Source of the DNA: a virus
Lineage: Duplodnaviria; Caudoviricetes
IMG/VR virus record: IMGVR_UViG_3300027845_000130
Location: 1-42,819 of that record
Strand: one strand, 5' to 3'
Length of the DNA stretch: 42,819 nucleotides
Position numbers and translations under genes: made by a program. This document shows positions 7,422 to 14,840 of this stretch, piece after piece. Position 1 is the stretch's first letter, and every line of letters begins with the position of its first letter. The notes below the pieces were generated by a model. It was not told the origin of the DNA, made no database searches, and was given only the letters and a program-made list of their open reading frames with translations.

Positions 7422-7994
7422 ATGGCTACAATGTCAGCAAGAATAGCATCTGGGTTAAGCTCAGGAGGATCAAATCAAGCAGTTGATCCATTACAGGGTA
7501 ATCCAACTATGGAAGCCTATCAACAGCAAGTTCAACAAATGCAAGGATTTAATCCAACTGGTAATCCAGCTATTGAAGCTTTAATGCAACAAAGAGGATT
7601 AGGACAATATGCCGTGATGCAACCTTTTAATAACTCAAGAGCAAGGCAAGCCGCGAAAAATAGAAGAAACTCAGGTGGCGCAAGTGGTGTAGCTGGAGCT
7701 GTAGGTAGTGCTGTAGGTAATGCAGATCCTAATAACGTATCAGCTACGGGTTTTAATCCTAACACAGGAACCACAACACCTACATATAACAATTTAAACT
7801 CACTTCAAAATAGTTCAGCAAATACAACTGTAGGAAATGTAGCTACAGATGCTATGGCTGGAGTTGGTGGCGTTGCCCCTCAAGTTCAAACTGGAAGTTT
7901 TTCTCCTGAAGCATCAATTGCTGCAGAAGGAATTTTTGGTAGTGAACAGTCAAGAGGTATACAACCATACAAAAAACCATTAATAAATTTTTAA
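7422..7994 (+). CDS. Low-complexity G/A/Q/N-rich hypothetical protein
   Basis: ORF track; internal repeats GNPxxEAxxQQ (twice) and GFNP (twice). Confidence 0.7.
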   Translation: MATMSARIASGLSSGGSNQAVDPLQGNPTMEAYQQQVQQMQGFNPTGNPAIEALMQQRGLGQYAVMQPFNNSRARQAAKNRRNSGGASGVAGAVGSAVGNADPNNVSATGFNPNTGTTTPTYNNLNSLQNSSANTTVGNVATDAMAGVGGVAPQVQTGSFSPEASIAAEGIFGSEQSRGIQPYKKPLINF

Positions 7995-8004
7995 TAAAAA
8001 AAAT

Positions 8005-8226
8005 ATGCACAACGACGATTTTAAAATAGATCCAGCTCACACAAAAGATATGGGTGGCAAAAGCGGAGGTATAGTTGGTGAATCTCAAATATGGGACGGA
8101 CCATTAAGTCAGAAAGGTAGACTTCACGGCGAAGGATCTAGTTCTGGAATATACGGAATGAAACTTAAACTAGCAGAGGTTCCTTTAGGAGGAAGAGGAC
8201 CAATAACACAAATAGCAAAAGGATAA
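8005..8226 (+). CDS. Small Gly-rich hypothetical protein
   Basis: ORF track; tight operon spacing and A-rich leader. Confidence 0.7.
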   Translation: MHNDDFKIDPAHTKDMGGKSGGIVGESQIWDGPLSQKGRLHGEGSSSGIYGMKLKLAEVPLGGRGPITQIAKG

Positions 8227-8229
8227 ATT

Positions 8230-8742
8230 ATGTCAGACTTTATAAAAGCAATACCAGTGGTGCCAAGCGCTACTTTAAATATTCCAGAACCAGGAGCTAT
8301 TCTTTCAGAAACAAGCACTACAAATGGAACAACAGTAACTTTCACTAGTGGAAAGGATTTGGTAGCTAAAACAGGAGACGTTATACAAGCTTCTCCAACA
8401 GGATCAATCGAGCCTCAAGAAATTCATCAAATAATAAGTATTAATAAAGTTGGCTTAAACACTGTTTATACGTTATTAACACCTGTTGCTTTAGCGGCTC
8501 CTTATGATTTTAAAGTTTACAGAGCTAATGGAGGTTCTTTATTAGAAGGTAACAGCGGTTATAGTTTAATAGTTCAGTTAGGTGCAGGAGACGCAATAAC
8601 AGTTATACCTGTTGGTCAAACAGAGGAAGTGAAAATAACAGATGAAGGAGCTAGTGGTATTATTGATGTTTTAAGTCAAATAAAAGTTCAAAGAGTTACA
8701 GAAAGTGATGCAAGTAATGTAATTGCATTAGATACAGATTAA
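8230..8742 (+). CDS. Beta-rich hypothetical protein, possibly virion structural
   Basis: ORF track; starts 3 nt after the previous stop; T/V/G-rich. Confidence 0.7.
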   Translation: MSDFIKAIPVVPSATLNIPEPGAILSETSTTNGTTVTFTSGKDLVAKTGDVIQASPTGSIEPQEIHQIISINKVGLNTVYTLLTPVALAAPYDFKVYRANGGSLLEGNSGYSLIVQLGAGDAITVIPVGQTEEVKITDEGASGIIDVLSQIKVQRVTESDASNVIALDTD

Positions 8743-8766
8743 AAACAAATAATTAAAAATAAAAAA

Positions 8767-9159
8767 ATGGGATACAACAAATCAAATCCATTAAAAATGA
8801 TGGATTCAGCTTTAAAAATGTATAAAGCAGAAAAAAAAGGTGGTATGCATAGAATGGAATCACCTATGTATGCAAAAGAAGCTTCAAGAGAATTAACAGA
8901 CATGCCAATAGTAGATATTGAAAAAGGTGATGCTGAAGGTTCTCCAGCTATGAATTATGATACTGCTAAAGGTTCTCACGATCACCCTCATTCACCAATG
9001 AACAGACAAGGGTATAATGATAAGCTTGATGAAAGTTTAGCTAAAGACGGTAAAGAGTCTAGCAAAGATCAATCTATGAAAGATCGCAGAGACGAATCAA
9101 AAGGAATGGAAAAATCTAAAGGAAAAGGAGCTTATTCTTCTGATCCAAAAATGAGCTAA
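8767..9159 (+). CDS. Disordered Met/Lys-rich protein with repeated SP-type motifs
   Basis: SNPLKM, SALKM, SPMYA, SPAMN, SPMNR within 130 aa. Confidence 0.75.
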   Translation: MGYNKSNPLKMMDSALKMYKAEKKGGMHRMESPMYAKEASRELTDMPIVDIEKGDAEGSPAMNYDTAKGSHDHPHSPMNRQGYNDKLDESLAKDGKESSKDQSMKDRRDESKGMEKSKGKGAYSSDPKMS

Positions 9160-9161
9160 TT

Positions 9162-9755
9162 ATGGGAAGAGGATACAGTGGAAATCACCCTCGTTATTCA
9201 GGCGAGAGATACGATGCTAAGCAAGCGTATAACAAAGATTTAACAGCTTCTGCTAGATTACATTATTTAGAAAACGACAGACACGATCACGATTCACCTC
9301 ATCACATGAGCGTTAATGAAAGACTTGATGATTCATTTGGTATGGGACAAAACACCGGTTCTGCTCCATCACCAATGAATAATAGAGCTGATAGATTAAG
9401 AGAAAGAGCTGGTAAAATATCTAGCGAAACTGAAGGACAAGGTGGTTATGATTATGAAAACCCTAAAGTACAAAAACTTTTAAGCAAAGCTAGAAAAGTA
9501 GATGAAAGAAGTGGAACAAAATCTAGAGACGAAAGATCTGGAGAACTAAGAGGTAGAGAAATGGATGATATGATGGATAACAGACCAGATAGTCCTTTTA
9601 ACGCTTGTGCTAAAGACGAAGGTGGAAGTGGTTGTATTCAAGAAATGGGTGGAGCATGGAGAGTAATTAGTAATAAAACAGACAAACCTTGGCCAGCAAA
9701 ATACGGAAGCAAATCAAAAGCTGAAGCTGCTTTAAGAGGTTATCACGCAGGGTAA
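9162..9755 (+). CDS. Modular disordered protein with SP-type motifs
   Basis: SPHHM, SPMNN and SPFNA separate compositionally distinct segments. Confidence 0.75.
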   Translation: MGRGYSGNHPRYSGERYDAKQAYNKDLTASARLHYLENDRHDHDSPHHMSVNERLDDSFGMGQNTGSAPSPMNNRADRLRERAGKISSETEGQGGYDYENPKVQKLLSKARKVDERSGTKSRDERSGELRGREMDDMMDNRPDSPFNACAKDEGGSGCIQEMGGAWRVISNKTDKPWPAKYGSKSKAEAALRGYHAG

Positions 9756-9756
9756 T

Positions 9757-10260
9757 ATGGACACAATGGGTAAATTAAAAAGCAATTTTATTAATAGAAA
9801 TTCTTTTAATGTAGGTTTCAACAATAGATCTCCTTTAAATCAATATAAGAGCACTATGCCAACTAGTTTTGATTTACCTAAATTAGATGGTGCTAAAGTT
9901 GGTAAACATATAGCTGACGGAGCTCAAGCTATATCTAATGCTAAAATTAAAGGCGCAGAAGATATTAATCAATCTATAATGGGTGCAACAGAAGAAATTG
10001 CAAAATCTATTACAGAAAACAAAGAAGCTGAAAAAAATCTTAAAAACAATGAAAAATTAGAATTTGAAGCTGGTTTAGAAGAAAATAGAGAATTTGAAGC
10101 TAGAGAATCTAGGATTGAAAATATGCCAGCTTTTGTAGAAAATTGGCAAAAAGAAAATCCAGCTTACGATATGGATGATTTTAAAGCTAAGTATGGAGAC
10201 GAACTTAATGAATGGATGAAAAGAAATCCAGGAACACCAACAGGTAGAATAATAAAATAA
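9757..10260 (+). CDS. Hypothetical helical protein with an N-terminal SPLNQ motif
   Basis: ORF track; leader ending RSPLNQ followed by a coiled-coil-like region. Confidence 0.7.
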   Translation: MDTMGKLKSNFINRNSFNVGFNNRSPLNQYKSTMPTSFDLPKLDGAKVGKHIADGAQAISNAKIKGAEDINQSIMGATEEIAKSITENKEAEKNLKNNEKLEFEAGLEENREFEARESRIENMPAFVENWQKENPAYDMDDFKAKYGDELNEWMKRNPGTPTGRIIK

Positions 10261-10300
10261 TTAACAAACAACAAATAACAAATAACAAAAAACAAAAATT

Positions 10301-10645
10301 ATGGCAACATTTATTGCATTAGAAGTAATCAACTCAATTGGTGGAGACTTCGACAATGGAGAACAATTAGTAAACAGAGACAACATTGTAGCTGTTCAAC
10401 AAACAGCAGATGGTACGTGTAAATTACTTACTAATACCCCAACAGCAACACAAAACGAAATAGAAATTACTGTAGGTATAAACGAAAGTGGAGCAGCTGT
10501 TAGTCCAGTAATGACATCAGGTCTAATAACTAAAGCAATCAACTATGCTTTAACAGCTAACCCAGGTGGCGTTAAAGCTAAAGTATTTTTAGGAAAAGAC
10601 GACAATGGAGATCAAATGTATTTTAGAAACGTAGTATTTTCATAA
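10301..10645 (+). CDS. ANPGG-family small protein, paralog 5 (dispersed copy)
   Basis: MATFIAL start; LVNRDNIVAV; INYALTANPGGVKAKV. Confidence 0.8.
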   Translation: MATFIALEVINSIGGDFDNGEQLVNRDNIVAVQQTADGTCKLLTNTPTATQNEIEITVGINESGAAVSPVMTSGLITKAINYALTANPGGVKAKVFLGKDDNGDQMYFRNVVFS

Positions 10646-10658
10646 TTGAAAATTAAAA

Positions 10659-10820
10659 ATGAAATCTAAAGGATTAGGTGATAGCATAGCAAATTTTACT
10701 AAAAAAACTGGTATTAATTCAGCGGTACAAGCTGTCTCTAAAGTTTTTAATAAACCTTGCGGTTGTGCAAAAAGACAAGAGATTTTAAATAAAAAATTTC
10801 CTTATAACAACACAAAGTAA
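10659..10820 (+). CDS. Small basic CGC-motif protein, 53 aa (MKSKGLGDSIANFTKKTGINSAVQAVSKVFNKPCGCAKRQEILNKKFPYNNTK)
   Basis: Hand translation, below the ORF-track cutoff; fills the gap exactly, stop 1 nt before the next ATG. Confidence 0.8.
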   Translation: MKSKGLGDSIANFTKKTGINSAVQAVSKVFNKPCGCAKRQEILNKKFPYNNTK

Positions 10821-10821
10821 T

Positions 10822-11163
10822 ATGCTTAGACTAAAAAATAAGTTTACTGTAAAAGCTCCATTTTCAAGAGATGCTACACCTATATATAGCACTGATCTTG
10901 AAGAAGGAGTTTTAGGTAAAGCTAATAATAACGGTACTATTTTAGTGTCAGACAAAATAACAGATCCTGAAGAAAGACAAAGCGTTATAGATCATGAAAA
11001 AGTTCATTTAGATCAAATGAAACGAGGTGATTTAGATTACGATGATGAGAATGTCTACTGGAAAGGTAAAAAATACTCAAGAGCTGAAATGCAAGAAGGT
11101 GCAGAAAACTTACCTTGGGAAGCAGAAGCATACTCTAAAACAGACGAATTTAAAAAATACTAA
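10822..11163 (+). CDS. Minimal zincin-type metallopeptidase
   Basis: VIDHEKVHLDQ (HExxH at 10993-11007) and downstream PWEAEAY (third-ligand Glu helix). Confidence 0.75.
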   Translation: MLRLKNKFTVKAPFSRDATPIYSTDLEEGVLGKANNNGTILVSDKITDPEERQSVIDHEKVHLDQMKRGDLDYDDENVYWKGKKYSRAEMQEGAENLPWEAEAYSKTDEFKKY

Positions 11164-11165
11164 AC

Positions 11166-12698
11166 ATGGCCTATAATCAAAATAAAAATCCTTTTCAAAG
11201 TAAAAGTCCTTTAAATCACAATTTAAGAGACAAAAGAACTGGAACAAATTTTACTCATTTTCATGATCCAAAAAATCAAAGTAACATATATTCTTCTGAT
11301 CAAAAAGTTATATCAGGTAGTGATAAATTTGGAGGAAATAAAGCAGATAGAAGATTTTATGATAAAAAACTTGACGAAAGAGTAAGTGAAACTGATTTAG
11401 CAAGAAGATACGCGGGCCAATTAGCTAATTTGTATAATTCTGGAAAAGTAACTCAAGGTCAATTTTTAGCTGATGATTTGTATAACAAAAAACGAAAGCT
11501 ATCACTTAAAAATGGTACCTTAAAACTGAAGAAGGGATATATGAACATTGACAAAGGTAGTATGTTTAACACAAGAAAAGGAAAGGCTAATGAAGATGGT
11601 AGTTATACGATTCCTGAAACTCAATATACTGAAGATCAAATATATGATATGATGGTGCAAGGTGGAGGTTTAGTTAGTATTGTAGACGGTCAAATTGTAG
11701 CTGGAAATCCCAACCAGGCTATGAGTGAAGGTTATGATCAGGCGAATAAAATTAGATACAATAATGATGATTTTAGAAATCAATATGAAGAAGGAACTGA
11801 AGAGGAGTTTAACATACGTGCAGAAAGAAATAACCGACCTGAGCCAACTCAACAACAAAAAGATGAAGCAAAAGAAAAAATCATTGCAATTAGAGCTAGA
11901 AAAGAGCAGGAAAAAGCTGATGAAAAGCTAGCAACACAAGAAAAAATTAATAAAATTAAAGCGGCAAGAGCAGCAAAAGCAGCTGAGGAGAATCGAACTA
12001 TAGAAGAAAGAAAAGCTTTATTACAAGAAAAGAAAGAAGCAATACTAGCGGCAAGAGCAGCTAAGAGCAATAGTCCAGTAAACAACAATAGTCCTTTACA
12101 TCAAGAACAAGAAATTGATCCAAGAACTGGCGAAGCTATTCCAGGTTATGATTACGTTCCAGGTGAAGAAGTAATAACTAATAGAAGTGAAGAAGTTTTA
12201 GATGATAATGGCAATATCATAGGTTATAATGATGATACTATCACAACAATTACTAATAGAGGAACAATGACACCGCCATCACCTCCACCACCACCACCAA
12301 ATGATCGTCCATCTTTTAAAGAAGACTGCGAAGGAATTGTAATGAACATGGGTAATTCTTCTAAATCAGGATTCTACAAATGCGATATAGATCCTAGTCC
12401 TCCAATTACAACACCACCTGCAGAAATTGAAACACCAGAAGACTTAACTCATAATTATGACGATGTAACAACTAGCACTGTTTTTAGACCTATAGAACAA
12501 GATCCATTAGAAATAATACCTGAAAGTGCTGATGATCTGTTTAATTTAACAGGAGCAGGCAAAACAAGAGATGGTTTTAAATTACCATTACCAACTCTTA
12601 ATTTTAGTGATTTAATAAGAAAAGGTGGCCAATGGTTTGAACCGCTAATTGGAAAAAGCGGTAAAAGAGGCTGTGGCTGTGCTGTTAACCCAAGGTAA
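11166..12698 (+). CDS. Large modular low-complexity protein with SP-type motifs, coiled coil and Pro-rich tail
   Basis: NPFQSKSPLNH near the start; SPVNNNSPLHQ mid-protein; AARAAK twice; poly-Pro; C-terminal GCGC. Confidence 0.75.
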   Translation: MAYNQNKNPFQSKSPLNHNLRDKRTGTNFTHFHDPKNQSNIYSSDQKVISGSDKFGGNKADRRFYDKKLDERVSETDLARRYAGQLANLYNSGKVTQGQFLADDLYNKKRKLSLKNGTLKLKKGYMNIDKGSMFNTRKGKANEDGSYTIPETQYTEDQIYDMMVQGGGLVSIVDGQIVAGNPNQAMSEGYDQANKIRYNNDDFRNQYEEGTEEEFNIRAERNNRPEPTQQQKDEAKEKIIAIRARKEQEKADEKLATQEKINKIKAARAAKAAEENRTIEERKALLQEKKEAILAARAAKSNSPVNNNSPLHQEQEIDPRTGEAIPGYDYVPGEEVITNRSEEVLDDNGNIIGYNDDTITTITNRGTMTPPSPPPPPPNDRPSFKEDCEGIVMNMGNSSKSGFYKCDIDPSPPITTPPAEIETPEDLTHNYDDVTTSTVFRPIEQDPLEIIPESADDLFNLTGAGKTRDGFKLPLPTLNFSDLIRKGGQWFEPLIGKSGKRGCGCAVNPR

Positions 12699-13154
12699 AT
12701 GAGTAAAAAATTATTTAAAGACACTAAGGTTGGTAGATTTTTATCCAATGCAGCTCCAGGTATATTAAATACTGTAGGCGATGTATTGCCAGATAATGGC
12801 GTTTTTGGATTAGTTAAAAACCTTATAGACAAAGATCCGGCTTTACCGCCAGAAGATAAAGAAAAAGCTTTATTATTATTACAACAAGATATAGTTGAAA
12901 TGAAAGAAATAAGTAAACGTTGGTCGAGCGATATGAAGAGCGATTCATGGCTCAGCAAAAACACACGTCCAATGACTCTTATATTTTTAACTGTGTCTTT
13001 AATTGTTTTAATACTTTTAGATAGTGGAAATATAGGATTTGGAGTTGATGAAAGTTGGGTAGATTTATTAAAATCTTTACTCATAACAGTTTATGTAGCT
13101 TATTTTGGTTCGCGAGGGGTGGAAAAATTCAAAAAAATGAGTGATAATAACTAA
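12699..13154 (+). CDS. Holin, 3TM (GTA-holin-like) family
   Basis: RWSSDMKSDSWLSKNTRP followed by hydrophobic helices and the AYFGSRGVEK C-terminal motif. Confidence 0.7.
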   Translation: MSKKLFKDTKVGRFLSNAAPGILNTVGDVLPDNGVFGLVKNLIDKDPALPPEDKEKALLLLQQDIVEMKEISKRWSSDMKSDSWLSKNTRPMTLIFLTVSLIVLILLDSGNIGFGVDESWVDLLKSLLITVYVAYFGSRGVEKFKKMSDNN

Positions 13155-13182
13155 GAGTATTATATTAATTAAATCCAATTAA

Positions 13183-13542
13183 ATGAAAAATCTATTATTA
13201 AGTGCGTTAATACTGTTTAGTATTAGCATTCAAAGTCAAGACTTTAGCGAAAAACTAAAAGGAGTTTGGTCAAGTGACGCGACAAGTTATTATGTAGTTA
13301 TACTGCATAATGAAAAAGAATTTAAATTTACTAATTTCTCTTTTGCAGATAACAACACTATAGAAGAAACAGTTGTTGAACAAGGAGATGATTATGTTAA
13401 AACAAAAATTTACAATCCTAAAAATGAATGGAAAGTATTTTTAACTTACAAGTATGTAGACAAAAACACTTTATCAGTAAAATTTGAAGGAAGTACCAAT
13501 AGCACTTCTACATATAGAAGACATTGGGTAATGACAAATTAA
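13183..13542 (+). CDS. Secreted lipocalin-like beta-barrel protein
   Basis: Sec signal MKNLLLSALILFSISIQS followed by Gln; LKGVW (GxW) motif; alternating beta strands. Confidence 0.55.
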   Translation: MKNLLLSALILFSISIQSQDFSEKLKGVWSSDATSYYVVILHNEKEFKFTNFSFADNNTIEETVVEQGDDYVKTKIYNPKNEWKVFLTYKYVDKNTLSVKFEGSTNSTSTYRRHWVMTN

Positions 13543-13552
13543 ATTAAATAAA

Positions 13553-13795
13553 ATGAAAAAAATAAAAGAAATTACAAAAGAAGAGTTAACAAAAGTCAGA
13601 GATTTTCAATCAAAACTTTTTGAATTAACACAACAAATAGGATTAGCAGAAACTCAAAAACATGCTATACTTCATGAAATAGCAGGAGTTAATCAAGATC
13701 AAGATGCTGTTAAAAAAGAATTAGAAACTAAGTACGGTTCTATAAATATAAATTTAGAAGACGGTAGTTATACTGAAACCAAAGAAGATGAATAA
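13553..13795 (+). CDS. Small coiled-coil hypothetical protein
   Basis: Heptad pattern followed by KYGSININLEDGSY. Confidence 0.75.
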   Translation: MKKIKEITKEELTKVRDFQSKLFELTQQIGLAETQKHAILHEIAGVNQDQDAVKKELETKYGSININLEDGSYTETKEDE

Positions 13796-14015
13796 TGTAA
13801 TTAGAAAAATAAGCATAGGTTCTGATTATAAAAACGAAGCAATGCATTATTCTGTAGGTCAACAAGTTTACGGTGGTCATGAAATATCTCACATACTTAA
13901 AGATGAGAAAGATAATTCTTATAATATACATATAAAAAAGAACAATGAGGTTTTGCCATGGAAAAAATTTAATTCAAACATGGCGATATCTATAGAGTAT
14001 GATTTAGAATACTAA
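13788..14015 (+). CDS. Small beta-rich hypothetical protein
   Basis: ORF track; overlaps both neighbours, consistent with translational coupling. Confidence 0.75.
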   Translation: MNNVIRKISIGSDYKNEAMHYSVGQQVYGGHEISHILKDEKDNSYNIHIKKNNEVLPWKKFNSNMAISIEYDLEY

Positions 14016-14620
14016 TGAATAGTATATATGACTTTATTGTAGAACCTATAGGTGATAGGTATGATAATATAAAAACAGTAGGTGGTAAAGATTTAATACT
14101 TAATACTAAAGTTGAATCTTGGAAATTTGTTAATAGACTAGCAAAAGTAATTGCAGTGCCAATAGCTTTGCATACTTCTATAAAAATAGGTGATACAATT
14201 GTTGTTCATCAAAATATTTTTAGAAGATTTTATAATATGAAAGGCGAGCAAAGCAATAGCAGGTCTTATTTTAAAGATAATTTATATTTTGCTTCTGTTG
14301 ATCAGATTTATTTATATAAAAACCATACTACTTGGAAATCTTTTGGAGATAGATGTTTTATTGTACCTTTAAAAAATTCTGATTCTTTAAGAAACAGAAA
14401 AGAACAACCTAGTGTTGGAATAGTTAAAATTGGTAATAGTGTATTAGAAGCATCTAATATTAACAAAGGGGATACTATAGGTTTTATACCTGGTGCTGAG
14501 TGGGAATTTATTATAGACGATCAACGTCTTTATTGTATGAAATCAAATGATATTGTAATTAAATATGGAAATAAAGAAAACCAAGAGGAGTATAATCCAA
14601 GCTGGACAAGTAGCGGTTGA
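14015..14620 (+). CDS. Tandem double-domain GroES-like (Cpn20-like) protein
   Basis: Domain 1: FIVEP..TVGGKDLIL..AKVIAVP..IKIGDTIVV. Domain 2: FGDRCFIVP..GIVKIG..INKGDTIGF..FIIDDQRLYCMKSNDIV. Confidence 0.65.
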   Translation: MNSIYDFIVEPIGDRYDNIKTVGGKDLILNTKVESWKFVNRLAKVIAVPIALHTSIKIGDTIVVHQNIFRRFYNMKGEQSNSRSYFKDNLYFASVDQIYLYKNHTTWKSFGDRCFIVPLKNSDSLRNRKEQPSVGIVKIGNSVLEASNINKGDTIGFIPGAEWEFIIDDQRLYCMKSNDIVIKYGNKENQEEYNPSWTSSG

Positions 14621-14840
14621 AGAATTAATAAAAGTAGCTAAAGAGCCTATAATTGATTCTGACGACGATATATCAGCTGATAGATTAAAAAACGCAGCTG
14701 CAACAAAAAAATTATGTGTATTCGATGCTTTTGAAATATTAAATAGAATACAAGAAGAGCAAGATATGCTAGATGAAAAGCCTAAAGAAGTTAAAAAAGA
14801 AACTACGTTTCGTGGTTTTGCTGAAGGAAGATCTAAATAA
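14565..14840 (+). CDS. Probable terminase small subunit
   Basis: Small helical protein coupled (TAATG) to the large terminase; positional inference. Confidence 0.5.
   Translation: MEIKKTKRSIIQAGQVAVEELIKVAKEPIIDSDDDISADRLKNAAATKKLCVFDAFEILNRIQEEQDMLDEKPKEVKKETTFRGFAEGRSK

Noticed and set aside
11961-12070. Short direct repeat GCGGCAAGAGCAGC (AARAAK twice) as a DGR or mobile-element trace
   Set aside because: It is an in-frame coiled-coil repeat; there is no reverse transcriptase or adenine-specific mismatch pattern.
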